Source of the DNA: a virus
Lineage: Duplodnaviria; Heunggongvirae; Uroviricota; Caudoviricetes
IMG/VR virus record: IMGVR_UViG_3300047548_001872
Direction: 5' to 3' (one strand)
Length of the DNA: 64,000 bases
Shown here piece after piece: positions 1 through 9,283 of this stretch. The notes below the pieces were generated by a model that had not been told where the DNA came from, did not search any database, and saw nothing but the letters and a program-made list of their open reading frames with translations. A program made the translations under genes and the position numbers. Within the stretch, counting starts at the first letter, position 1. Every line of letters starts with the position of its first letter.

Positions 1-335
1 GTTGAGTTCCCACAGCTTACCCAAATTGGCAACGACAACTTCCGTGTGTGCAACGCATTGACGTCGGTTGAGTTCCCACAGCTTACCCAAATTGGCAACG
101 ACAACTTCCGTGTGTGCAACGCATTGACCTCGGTTAACTTCCCACAGCTTACCCAAATTGGCAACAACAACTTCTACGACTGCAACGCATTGACATCGGT
201 TGAGTTCCCACAGCTTACGCAAATTGGCAACGACAACTTCCGCTACTGCAACGCATTGACGTCGGTTGAGTTCCCACAGCTTACCCAAATTGGCAACGAC
301 AACTTCCGTGTGTGCAACGCATTGACGTCGGTAAA
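1..335 (+). repeat. Five near-perfect 66-bp tandem repeats (in-frame LRR units)
   Basis: gttgagttcccacagcttacccaaattggcaacgacaacttccgtgtgtgcaacgcattgacgtcg repeats with a 66-nt period and only a few substitutions. Confidence 0.9.
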
Positions 336-822
336 ATTTAAAAATAACAACCTTAAAATAAAATCCGTAGATTCATATCCTTTTGTAGTCCAAACCGAAA
401 AAACAACCAAAGGAATTACATTGTATTCAGGCTATAATTTCAATGGAACGAATAGTGAAGGTATGCCAAAGGTAGAAAGTGCCTACGTAGCCAAAAAAGA
501 TGAATTCACAGCGCATGGCAAAACAGTTAAACAAGCCATTGCCGACTTAGAGTTCAAAGTGGTTGCCGAAAAGCTAAAAAAAGAACCAATTGCACCAGAT
601 ACAGAACTGACCGTAATGTACTACCGAACCATCACAGGTGCATGCGACTTCGGATGCCGTGAATTCATGGAAAAAAACGGAATACCCTACGAAGTAGTAA
701 ACGATGGAAAAACCGAAAGAACAATCGAAAAAAAACCCATCAAAGCCAAAGACCTACTCCCAATACTCGAAGAAAATAATGCATACGGACTGCAAAAATT
801 TAAAGAATTAATACGGTTTTAA
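1..822 (+). CDS. BspA-type leucine-rich-repeat surface/adhesin-like protein (5' partial; continues upstream of window)
   Basis: Frame 1 is open from nt 1. The 22-aa repeats CNALTSVEFPQLTQIGNDNFRV match the Bacteroidetes BspA-like LRR consensus (C.sLtsv.iP.sv..IG..aF). The C-terminal ~160 aa are non-repetitive. Confidence 0.7.
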   Translation, partial: VEFPQLTQIGNDNFRVCNALTSVEFPQLTQIGNDNFRVCNALTSVNFPQLTQIGNNNFYDCNALTSVEFPQLTQIGNDNFRYCNALTSVEFPQLTQIGNDNFRVCNALTSVKFKNNNLKIKSVDSYPFVVQTEKTTKGITLYSGYNFNGTNSEGMPKVESAYVAKKDEFTAHGKTVKQAIADLEFKVVAEKLKKEPIAPDTELTVMYYRTITGACDFGCREFMEKNGIPYEVVNDGKTERTIEKKPIKAKDLLPILEENNAYGLQKFKELIRF

Positions 823-999
823 AAAGAAATGAAATGAAACAAGTGATATCGGTTAGGTGCTTGCCGAAGTGGGGATTTAATGTACTACTGCCTCACTTCT
901 GCACAAAAGATTATTAGTAGTACCATTGCTCAATGTGGCACGTCAGCCCCACTTTTTGCAATGCAATGTTATAGGCTGGCACGGTAAATTAAAACGAAA

Positions 1000-1176
1000 T
1001 GAATTTAGTATTTGTAAATGAGTGTGCCGTAGATGGCTGCTATAAAAAGAATGTCGGGAAAGGAAAACAAATGTGCAAAGAACATCAAGCTGCTTATGAA
1101 AGAGGTGAAAAGTTAAAAGCCTTCTACGGCAAAACGGTTCAAAAGAAGGAATTTCAAACGGAGGCAGTCAAGTAGT
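1000..1176 (+). CDS. small Cys-rich protein (58 aa, below ORF-track cutoff)
   Basis: ATG at 1000 runs to TAG at 1174-1176. CxxxC...CxxH pattern. Confidence 0.3.
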
Positions 1177-1340
1177 GCTTGCCTATAACGTTTGGTGGCT
1201 ACACGATGTTGCCAAAAAATAAGACCATATTGTTGACTTCAACAAAATGGTTTACAAGTACAAAATAAACATTAAATAACTCCCGAATTGGCAATATTGT
1301 GTAACCACTGTTATCACTTCGGCTTAATTTACATAAAAAA

Positions 1341-1766
1341 ATGAAACTCAATGCTTATCAATGTTGGAAAGAAAAAAAAGAAAAAAATCTTTCTGATGAA
1401 GATTATAAAAGATTGTTGATTGAAAACGGAATAATTAAGAAAAAAGAAAAAACTATGAACAAAAAAATTTTATTAGTGTGGCAAGGCACAAATGAACAAT
1501 CATCAGGTACAATTACCGAAACAAATGATATGATTGTTGTTTATTTAGACAATAGGTCAAAATGGGAACAAATGGAAAAAGACATTGAAGCCTATAAAAA
1601 CAGAATTAGAGTTTTACAAAACTTAAATACAAAGTATCGTGAAAGACTTGGAATTTCAAACGAGCCAGTTGATGCTATAAATGCTGTAAATGATTGCAAT
1701 CACGAAAATATGCAAATGAAATCAAGCGGTATTTGGAAGTGTAAATGTGGTTATACGCACTTTTAA
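1341..1766 (+). CDS. hypothetical protein with C-terminal zinc-ribbon-like Cys cluster
   Basis: ORF of 141 aa. Ends CNHEN...CKCGYTHF. Confidence 0.5.
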   Translation: MKLNAYQCWKEKKEKNLSDEDYKRLLIENGIIKKKEKTMNKKILLVWQGTNEQSSGTITETNDMIVVYLDNRSKWEQMEKDIEAYKNRIRVLQNLNTKYRERLGISNEPVDAINAVNDCNHENMQMKSSGIWKCKCGYTHF

Positions 1767-1829
1767 TCTGAGTGATAACGGTTGGGTATTGGCGATGTTG
1801 CCTATTCCCGAAGCTAAATAGAATTACTA

Positions 1830-2162
1830 ATGTTTAAAATAAAGATGAAAAAGTTAATTGAATCACTGAAACAGGCATGGCACAAATACCATGTTAGCCG
1901 TAGTAAGCGGAATCGGAGCAAGAACCAAAGAACATTCGTGTATTGCAAATGCGGTAATGAAATGGTTGGTGATGATGATGGGCAAAAAAACTTGTCGTTT
2001 ATTCGAGATGTGTATGTTGAAGAACGAAATGTTGTCCACTACAAATGCAGTAAGTGTGGTATAGAGAGTTTTTTTGACTTTGACCACCCTTGTCCAATTT
2101 CATTGCCATTTGCGGAGAACGATGATATAATTAAGCGATACAGGCTAGCTTATTACGGCTAA
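1830..2162 (+). CDS. hypothetical Cys4 zinc-finger-like protein
   Basis: ORF of 110 aa with CKCG...CSKCG. The stop codon lies inside the TAACG box. Confidence 0.5.
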   Translation: MFKIKMKKLIESLKQAWHKYHVSRSKRNRSKNQRTFVYCKCGNEMVGDDDGQKNLSFIRDVYVEERNVVHYKCSKCGIESFFDFDHPCPISLPFAENDDIIKRYRLAYYG

Positions 2163-2300
2163 CGTCGTGCCAGTAGGCGCAGTAGCGGCTAAATAACAGC
2201 TTACTTTCTGTTAAAAATAAACAAGTAAAAAAAACGATTATTAACTAAACGAGCTATTGCCGCTTACTGGCGGTTAGCGGTTCGTTGCAATTCAAAAGAT

Positions 2301-2450
2301 ATGTTAGAAATAATCAAAGAATTAAATCACACCAGCGCATTACGCACTATTTTCTATTGCGTTGTGCTTATTATCATCGTTGCTATTTTGGCTTCATCTA
2401 TTGAGGGAATTGTAAAATCAATTTTCAAAAGTTTGCGTGGTAAGCAATGA
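2301..2450 (+). CDS. small hydrophobic peptide (49 aa)
   Basis: ATG at 2301, TGA at 2448-2450. The central stretch VVLIIIVAILASS is hydrophobic. The stop is embedded in the 18-mer GCAATGACCGCTAACGTT. Confidence 0.35.
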   Translation: MLEIIKELNHTSALRTIFYCVVLIIIVAILASSIEGIVKSIFKSLRGKQ

Positions 2451-2516
2451 CCGCTAACGTTTTGCGTATATGAGCAGTACGCAAAGCACGAACCTTAAAT
2501 TAAATATTAAACCTTA

Positions 2517-2750
2517 ATGGTGTATTGCTTATATACGCTGTTAGTATTAGTAAACGGAATGAAATACGATGAAGTAATAAAAAGAATAGAAGGTATTGAT
2601 AAATCTGAAATAATTATTGTTGATGGTGTCAGTAAAAATTATTCAAAAATATCCTTAAAACATAAAGGTGTGAGAATTTTATATTTAACAAGACCACAAT
2701 TTGAAAAATTAAAAAAACTTGGATACAAGTGGGAAATGGTAGTTTATTAA
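2517..2750 (+). CDS. hypothetical protein
   Basis: ORF of 77 aa. Confidence 0.45.
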   Translation: MVYCLYTLLVLVNGMKYDEVIKRIEGIDKSEIIIVDGVSKNYSKISLKHKGVRILYLTRPQFEKLKKLGYKWEMVVY

Positions 2751-2768
2751 TACTAACTAATGGCTAAC

Positions 2769-2870
2769 CGCATATTTTACCGACTTATACAACCATCTAT
2801 CAGGCTTATACATCCGAAACAAGGTGCATACCCCTTAAAACAAGCCCCATACTTATCGGGGCTTTTTGTT
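2769..2870 (+). other. conserved ~100-nt 3' element ending in an intrinsic terminator (copy 1)
   Basis: CATATTTTACCGACTTATACA...AGCCCC-loop-GGGGCTTTTT. The stem is 2843-2848/2857-2862 and is followed by a T-run. Homologous to 14318-14397. Confidence 0.55.
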
Positions 2871-2899
2871 TTGTTATTTTCACTAAAAAAAACTTTTCT

Positions 2900-2960
2900 T
2901 TTTTTGTTGTATCAATAGATATTATCTTTATATTTGTACTAACAAACACTTAAATATTTT
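2900..2960 (+). promoter_or_regulatory. conserved phage promoter P1 (Bacteroidetes -33 TTTG / -7 TAtaTTTG) plus conserved leader
   Basis: TTTG at 2903-2906 and TATATTTG at 2929-2936. The leader is GTACTAACAAACACTTAAA. Three further copies occur at 9605, 14421 and 21235. Confidence 0.65.
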
Positions 2961-2964
2961 TAAA

Positions 2965-3456
2965 ATGGAGAATTTAACTCAAAGACCTATTTGGAATCAG
3001 GCTATGCTTGAGAAATTATCATTAGTGTTAGGTGGTTTAATTTTTGATTGGTGTACTGATGATATTAGCTTAGAAGACTGCATTGAATCTTCCAGAAAAG
3101 TATTAGAATTTAATAGTAATTCCAATGGCTATGAACTTGCAAAAGAGTTTGAGGGTGAGGGCTTCTCTCCTGACTCGGAACTTGTGGATATTTTAGATAG
3201 TGTGTGGTATGAAAAGCACAAAATACAAGAAGATTTTGAGAAGCAGTGGGTTTCGGGAAACGCTCTAAAATTAGATTATGTGGTCGGTCAAAAGGTAGTT
3301 GCTAAACTAACTCGTTTGGGAGAGGTAGAGTGCGAAATTATGGCACTTTATCCTGAAACTATGAAGTATGGATTGTGGCACGAAAACCATTCTTTTAAAA
3401 AGGGTAAAGGTCATACCATTATTGGCTATGAAAATATTTTAAAATTAGTTTCATAA
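2965..3456 (+). CDS. hypothetical protein
   Basis: ORF of 163 aa, first gene after P1. Confidence 0.55.
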   Translation: MENLTQRPIWNQAMLEKLSLVLGGLIFDWCTDDISLEDCIESSRKVLEFNSNSNGYELAKEFEGEGFSPDSELVDILDSVWYEKHKIQEDFEKQWVSGNALKLDYVVGQKVVAKLTRLGEVECEIMALYPETMKYGLWHENHSFKKGKGHTIIGYENILKLVS

Positions 3457-3684
3457 ATGGTTTGGCATTTGTTATCTAAGAAAGCTCCAATAGCCTACAT
3501 TACAGGTTGTTTTGATGGAGAAAAAAGTGACAAGATATTAGTCTGCACCTTTTCTGGGAAGTATCATGTAGTCGAAATGTATGAGGGAGTTTTAGATGGT
3601 GTTTCATTTCGTGATTTTTACGATGACCGTGATTTTAAAATAGATAATGTTCAGTTTTGGACTGAAATTGACTCTCCTTTTTAA
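3457..3684 (+). CDS. small conserved protein, paralog of 13688..13915
   Basis: 75 aa. About 60% identical to the ORF at 13688 (shared ...KSDKILVCT.SG.Y.V.EMYEGVLDG..F.DFYDDRDF.I.NV.FWTEIDSPF). Confidence 0.55.
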   Translation: MVWHLLSKKAPIAYITGCFDGEKSDKILVCTFSGKYHVVEMYEGVLDGVSFRDFYDDRDFKIDNVQFWTEIDSPF

Positions 3685-3693
3685 TTTTATAAA

Positions 3694-4075
3694 TATGAAA
3701 AAGACTGAAAAAGAACTTAGACTTCCATTGAAGAAGAAGTGGTTTGGAATGAGCAAATCAAGAATCAAAACGGAAGACTATAGAGAAATGACTTCTTATT
3801 GGTATAGCAGGCTATGTTTGTACAATGGCATTAAAAGGAGTCAAAAGTGGTGGGATGAGCATTTTCGTTACGCCTTTGCATTTGATGAAAAGCCTATTGA
3901 ATTTGTAAAATTTACTCAAAATACAATGACTTTAGGTTATCCAAAAAAAGGTGATGCTGAGAGAATTTTAAAGCTCAAACATAAAGGAATTGAAATTCGT
4001 ACTGGCAATCCTGAATGGGGCGCAGAGCCAAATAAAATTTATTTTGTAATCCTTCATGGTGAAATTGTTGATTAG
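3694..4075 (+). CDS. hypothetical protein
   Basis: Start placed at the MKKTEKELRL Met (3694) inside ORF 3647..4075. Confidence 0.45.
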
Positions 4076-4082
4076 AATTAAT

Positions 4083-4409
4083 ATGAAGAAAACTGAGAAA
4101 AAGCAGCTCTATTTTAGCCCGAATGATGAGACAACTTGCCATGAGTTTGATTGGCTTTTAGCTGATTGCATTGCTGAAGCTAAGGATAATGGTGAAGATG
4201 AGTTTAAGCTGATTGAAGCAATTCCTGATAATAGCAATCATGATTATGTTTGGTGTACTCACTATCAAGAGGTTGTCGAAAGAGTCGACTGTAAAAAACA
4301 TATTTGCCCACATTACAAGTCAAAGAGTGGTAGGGGGGTGTGTCAACTTCGTGGGAACTTTTACTTGCACGGGAAGGAAGTAATTTTTAAGGTTAGCGAT
4401 TATGAGTGA
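4083..4409 (+). CDS. hypothetical Cys-rich protein
   Basis: Start at MKKTEKKQ (4083). Several Cys/His residues (C...C...CPHY). Confidence 0.45.
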   Translation: MKKTEKKQLYFSPNDETTCHEFDWLLADCIAEAKDNGEDEFKLIEAIPDNSNHDYVWCTHYQEVVERVDCKKHICPHYKSKSGRGVCQLRGNFYLHGKEVIFKVSDYE

Positions 4410-5256
4410 TGTTTTAGAAGGTAAAAAATATTTTAAAGCGATTATTCGTGTGGTCAAATCAATAGCATTTAAAAACCCTGATGAATACTTGGGATTTGAT
4501 ACTGTTGAAGTATTAAGAGAGCCTGTTATTTTAGCAAATGACAAAAACGAGGTTAAACAGTATTTGGCTGAAAAATACCCTCAATTTTTCCCAAACGCAA
4601 AGGTTTATGAGAGAGAGTCGAAAAACGACAAGACTCAATTCTTCTATGTTGTGATTTTCCCTTTATATCAATATGAAGTTAATCAAATCAATGAGGGCAA
4701 TTGGACTTGCGACTATTGTGGTCATGTACATGAAAACCAATACATTTCAAAACCATTGAGGAGCAATAAGTTTGAAGGCAAAATGTTTTGTTCAAGTGAC
4801 TACAAAAGCGGTAATGATATTTCTCAAGTTCCTGATTGTTATGAGCTTTGGAAAAGAGAGTATTACAAAGTAAATAATGGTTTAGAAATTCCCGATGACT
4901 TGAATTTTATAAACGTTGATTCGCTAAATTACATTTACAAAATCACCGAAAAATCAACGGGTAAATGCTACATAGGCAAAACAAGAAATGCTCCTTTTTT
5001 TCGTTGGTGGAATCACCTAAAGCATAGTAGCAGCCCATTTGGATTATACCTTAGACAATCGAAAATAAACGAATGGACTTTTGAGGTTTTAGAGGAGTTG
5101 CCTTCTAACATAGAAGATTCTGAAGTGTTTAGAATCGAAACGGAATATATCCAGAAGTATAACTCAGTTGCTAATGGATTTAATACTATTGTGTCGAACA
5201 AAAAGGCAATAAAATCAAATCAAATTGATTTGTTTGAAAACCAAGAAAACTTATAA
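4402..5256 (+). CDS. GIY-YIG nuclease domain protein (domain at the C-terminus)
   Basis: YIYKITEKSTGKCYIGKT...RWWNH...EYIQKYNSVANGFN has the GIY-YIG core motifs. The N-terminal ~170 aa carry CDYCGHVH. Confidence 0.6.
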   Translation: MSDVLEGKKYFKAIIRVVKSIAFKNPDEYLGFDTVEVLREPVILANDKNEVKQYLAEKYPQFFPNAKVYERESKNDKTQFFYVVIFPLYQYEVNQINEGNWTCDYCGHVHENQYISKPLRSNKFEGKMFCSSDYKSGNDISQVPDCYELWKREYYKVNNGLEIPDDLNFINVDSLNYIYKITEKSTGKCYIGKTRNAPFFRWWNHLKHSSSPFGLYLRQSKINEWTFEVLEELPSNIEDSEVFRIETEYIQKYNSVANGFNTIVSNKKAIKSNQIDLFENQENL

Positions 5257-5294
5257 ATAAAACAGATAATCAGATAATCAACAATCTTTAATTT

Positions 5295-5474
5295 ATGGAC
5301 TTATTAAATAAAGTCAAGGACTCCTTGGCAAAAAACAAACGATATGATTTCTCAAGCGAAATATTCGACGATGAGATGCTAACCATCATTTATGATGTGG
5401 TTTATGAAACTGAAAAGGTTCTGCTAAATAAAGCCGATTCAAACCCAAATTATGAGGATGAAAAAGAATATTAA
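5295..5474 (+). CDS. small hypothetical protein (59 aa)
   Basis: ATG at 5295 to TAA at 5472-5474. Confidence 0.3.
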   Translation: MDLLNKVKDSLAKNKRYDFSSEIFDDEMLTIIYDVVYETEKVLLNKADSNPNYEDEKEY

Positions 5475-5685
5475 TCATAAAAAGCTATCATATAATTGGA
5501 ATTTATCAGATACGGTTTTCACTAAAGACAAAGGTACTGTTTTCTCTTGTTTTTCGTCGGTGGGGGTTCTGTAATTTCACAATAAATGGCTCTCTAAAAT
5601 TAACCTCTAAAAAGCCTCTTTTTTCCGCCCATGTATTATTTTTTGATAATTTGTGGTGTACGGAATTTTAAAACAAGAAAACATT

Positions 5686-6168
5686 ATGAAGAAAATAATC
5701 AGAATTATAGCCTCGTGGTTTTTCAAAAACAACAAAACAAAAGAAGTCAAACCCGAAAGAACTGTTTTTTTGTTCCTCGATGATATTAGGATGCCCGTAG
5801 ATGCGTTTTCTTACACCAACAAGAAAATGTTCATTCAGGAAGATTGGGTCATTGTGCGTGACTACAATCAGTTTGTGCAGCATATTGAGCTAAATGGGCT
5901 ACCTAGGATGATTGCTTTTGACCATGACTTAGCTGATAGCCATTATACGCCTGAAGAGTTATGGACTGACTATGAAAAGTCAAAGGCTTGGCAAGAGCAG
6001 CAAGTACACAAAGAAAAGACTGGGTTTGAATGCGCCAAGTGGCTGGTTGAATATTGTGTTGATAATGATGAAGAACTACCTGATTTCTTTTGTCATAGCC
6101 AAAATCCCGTTGGTAAGGATAATATTTGTTGGCTTTTAAACAATTTTAAGGAACATCAAAAAAAATAA
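5686..6168 (+). CDS. hypothetical protein
   Basis: Start at the MKKIIR Met (5686) inside ORF 5653..6168. Confidence 0.5.
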   Translation: MKKIIRIIASWFFKNNKTKEVKPERTVFLFLDDIRMPVDAFSYTNKKMFIQEDWVIVRDYNQFVQHIELNGLPRMIAFDHDLADSHYTPEELWTDYEKSKAWQEQQVHKEKTGFECAKWLVEYCVDNDEELPDFFCHSQNPVGKDNICWLLNNFKEHQKK

Positions 6169-6170
6169 CC

Positions 6171-6200
6171 GAAGCAAAATGAATAATCGCTTCGGTTAGT
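6171..6200. terminator. bidirectional intrinsic terminator between convergent genes
   Basis: Hairpin ACCGAAGC-aaaatgaataatc-GCTTCGGT. Confidence 0.6.
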
Positions 6201-6253
6201 TGAAATACAATCTTTGGACGGATATTGTTTTCAATAGTAAATTTAAGCTGAAT

Positions 6254-6562
6254 TTAACCAAATCCATAAAAAGAGTGTTTTGGGTCTTTCACCTGAGATG
6301 TAATGTCTTTTTCTCCGAAGAAGATTTCATTTTCAGACATAACATCCACATGGTATCCGTTGTCAACCACAGACTCTTTTATAACGTTCCCTTGTTCATC
6401 AATAATGGCGTTTTCTAAAACCATTACTCCCAACTCAACAACCGCATGGATTCCCTCTCCATACGTTAGTTGGTCTTCAAGTCGGGTATAAATATTTTTA
6501 GCCAACAAATCAGCTATTGCTTGGTCTTTATTCTCGTATTTGAGTTTGTATATGTTTGGCAT
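6254..6562 (-). CDS. hypothetical protein
   Basis: ORF of 102 aa, last gene of the minus-strand island. Confidence 0.5.
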   Translation of the reverse strand: MPNIYKLKYENKDQAIADLLAKNIYTRLEDQLTYGEGIHAVVELGVMVLENAIIDEQGNVIKESVVDNGYHVDVMSENEIFFGEKDITSQVKDPKHSFYGFG

Positions 6563-6564
6563 GG

Positions 6565-8463
6565 TTATAAGGTTGTTAGTTGAATTGCTTCGGTATCTGT
6601 TATTTGGGTTTTTGATAAATAAAAATCATTGATACCTCCACCCCATTGTCTAAGATTATTCCTATGACCTAAAGCAATTGTATCCATAGCTGGTATAGCA
6701 GTAGTTGCCAGTGGGGCTTGTTGTACACCATTCAAAAATATTTTTGTTCCTGATGTACTATACACTACGGCAAGTTTATTAAGTCCTGATAATGGCGTTA
6801 AAGTTCTTGCTGCTAAATCACCTCCTGTTAGTATAGTTAATATTAAGTTTTGCATATTATTACTTGTTTGTAATGTTATGTTTTCAGTTGCTAAATCCGA
6901 GAATAAAACAAGTAGACTTTTGATACCTAATGGATATGGTGTTCCATAAAATTCCAAAAATATTGTACCCTCTGTCTGTCCAATTAAATCAGTCGCCCCT
7001 GTTCTTGTTATAACATCGGCATTTCTTGTTACAGCAACCGTTGATGTTGGTATTACTGAAGTTTGAAATGCTTGTTGTTCCATTTGAGGCATGCCTATTC
7101 TGACTGTAAAGTCGTATGATTGACCAGTTGTAGTGACAAATTCAAGTATAGGTTGAACCCTTGCAACTGTTGCTCCACCAGAAAGTGTTCTTGTGTAACT
7201 AAATCTTTGTAAAGTAGTTGTTGGGGTTATATTTTGAAAACCAGCAGCAACAAATCCTCCAATGCTTGTTAGTTCAAACATTAGTAATCTAAAAAATGTT
7301 GGGGGTTGTGGTTGTGAAACCACTTTAACATAACTTGATAATGTCCAAGTTTGACCTGTTGCTGCTACTATTTGTGTTGTAGGTTCAAATAGTATTCTTT
7401 GTAATGCTGTACCTGCCCCTCCAGCCGTTCCAGAAAGTCTTAAATCAACATACTCAACCCCATTTTCTACACCTAATCCAACAACTTCCCTTGTTAACCC
7501 AATTAAACTTTGAGTCCAGTTAGTAGGTAATGTCCCTGTGTTTCCTACAACAGCACCAACCATTGTGTTGTTTCTGATTTCATTTCTTGACTGTGGTTCA
7601 ACAAGTATTGCTGGACAAGTTCCATTAGAATAATCTAAACGTGCAATATTTGATGCGCTTGTGCCATCTTGTGTTAATCCTTGAAATTTTGTTCTAACGG
7701 ATGAAGTTGTTGGTATGTATTCTCCTGCACGATTTGATTGCTCAAGCTGTGCGCCCCAGACATAACAAACATCTTCAGCAACAGTTGATTGATAAGAGGG
7801 GTATCTACCACTATTCGTGTTATTTGTTGTTACAACTTCACAACCTGTAAAAGTACCAGATGATAATGCTGTTGCTTGCAAAGTACATCTATACCAACCA
7901 TTACCAACATCAGTTATTGTTGCAATAGCTCCAGCTCCTATATTTCCAATTACACCATTTTCTAAATCAAAATTAACCCAATTACTTGCTGTAAATGGAA
8001 CGTCTGATACATAAACTAATTGTATCCATCTATGGTTAGCTTTTTTTAAATAATATGATGTTGTATAAGTAGTGTTTGAGATAAAATTTGTAGACTGTTG
8101 AAGTCTATGTCTTACCGATGAAATATCAACGCCTAATCTCAAAGTATCTGCTGTTAAAGTTCCATCTGGTGCAATTACAGTGTTTGCCGTAATGGTCAAA
8201 TTTATTTTATTCCATATTCCTTGTGAAAACATTTCACTTTGCAAAAACAAATTAGTTATAGGCGTTTCAACAGCACCTAAACTATTTACTCTTGTTGCGC
8301 TTGTTGCTCTTGTAACCGTAAAATCTCCACTGCCATCAGTTGGTTTTAATGAATATAGCTTATTAACGCCTACTCCATTAGGAGTTACAATTAAACTTGC
8401 ATCATTATAAAAACTTCCCATTGCTATTATTGATTTAATGTTACTAATAGTGCGGTAAGACAT
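6565..8463 (-). CDS. large beta-rich (T/S/G/N/V-rich) structural-like protein; candidate virion/receptor-binding protein
   Basis: 632 aa. Composition is typical of jelly-roll or fibre proteins. No catalytic motif seen. Confidence 0.45.
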   Translation of the reverse strand: MSYRTISNIKSIIAMGSFYNDASLIVTPNGVGVNKLYSLKPTDGSGDFTVTRATSATRVNSLGAVETPITNLFLQSEMFSQGIWNKINLTITANTVIAPDGTLTADTLRLGVDISSVRHRLQQSTNFISNTTYTTSYYLKKANHRWIQLVYVSDVPFTASNWVNFDLENGVIGNIGAGAIATITDVGNGWYRCTLQATALSSGTFTGCEVVTTNNTNSGRYPSYQSTVAEDVCYVWGAQLEQSNRAGEYIPTTSSVRTKFQGLTQDGTSASNIARLDYSNGTCPAILVEPQSRNEIRNNTMVGAVVGNTGTLPTNWTQSLIGLTREVVGLGVENGVEYVDLRLSGTAGGAGTALQRILFEPTTQIVAATGQTWTLSSYVKVVSQPQPPTFFRLLMFELTSIGGFVAAGFQNITPTTTLQRFSYTRTLSGGATVARVQPILEFVTTTGQSYDFTVRIGMPQMEQQAFQTSVIPTSTVAVTRNADVITRTGATDLIGQTEGTIFLEFYGTPYPLGIKSLLVLFSDLATENITLQTSNNMQNLILTILTGGDLAARTLTPLSGLNKLAVVYSTSGTKIFLNGVQQAPLATTAIPAMDTIALGHRNNLRQWGGGINDFYLSKTQITDTEAIQLTTL

Positions 8464-8575
8464 GCCTCCGCCTCAAACGTACCTCCATCTGCCAAGACTC
8501 TTGCCTTGAACTGATTTACAATATTTTGTATGTCATAATTTTGTCCTTGACCACAACCCAATAATGTAAGCATAA

Positions 8576-9235
8576 TTAAGCATAGGTTAAGTTAATAATT
8601 ACATCACCAGCTCCCACTGCTACAGAATTATTATCCGCAGAACCGCTTGTAATTGCTATTCCAATACCCAAAGGGAAATTTACCCCCATAGAGAATGGAA
8701 TCGATATACCAGCACCTTGCGTGTTTGCAGGCACGGGAATAGTCATAATTGGAACATCAGTTCCTACGTTTGGTGCGGTTGCCTTATTGTATAGCTTCAA
8801 AAACCTTACGGTTGAGGTAAGTCCAATAGCTATAATAGAGTACAAATTACCTCCTGAAGCCTTAATTACGTTGGCATTTGTGCTTGCTAAGGAAATTAGT
8901 CTGTAGGCGGTTGTTCCGTTCACACCTGTGTTATTAGGTCTTGGACTAATCGGAATTGGAGATGCACTACTTGAGGTTGTTCCGAAATAAGTAGACGAAA
9001 AAGTCAAAAAAGAACTTAATGTAAATGGAGTGTCTGTTGAGTCGGTGCAATCCGACAATAAGGATACGAACAATAATGCTCCACTTCCTTGATATGCATT
9101 GTATAATACAACTCTTGGAGAGGCATCATATAAACTTGCAACATCTAATCCTATTAATTGGGTTGGCAAATACAAAACGTTTGTAGCCCCAACCGAAATC
9201 TGTAAAGTAGAATTTACTATAGTGAATTTTGCCAT
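8576..9235 (-). CDS. beta-rich structural-like protein
   Basis: 219 aa, rich in T/S/G/A/V/I. Confidence 0.45.
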   Translation of the reverse strand: MAKFTIVNSTLQISVGATNVLYLPTQLIGLDVASLYDASPRVVLYNAYQGSGALLFVSLLSDCTDSTDTPFTLSSFLTFSSTYFGTTSSSASPIPISPRPNNTGVNGTTAYRLISLASTNANVIKASGGNLYSIIAIGLTSTVRFLKLYNKATAPNVGTDVPIMTIPVPANTQGAGISIPFSMGVNFPLGIGIAITSGSADNNSVAVGAGDVIINLTYA

Positions 9236-9283
9236 GATTTTTTTTGTAAATATAAGATAATTATGGTTTTAAACAAAAGAACA

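Noticed and set aside
1-335. Possible CRISPR array (regular 66-bp repeats)
   Set aside because: Repeats are directly adjacent with no spacers, are in-frame, and encode LRR units of an open reading frame.
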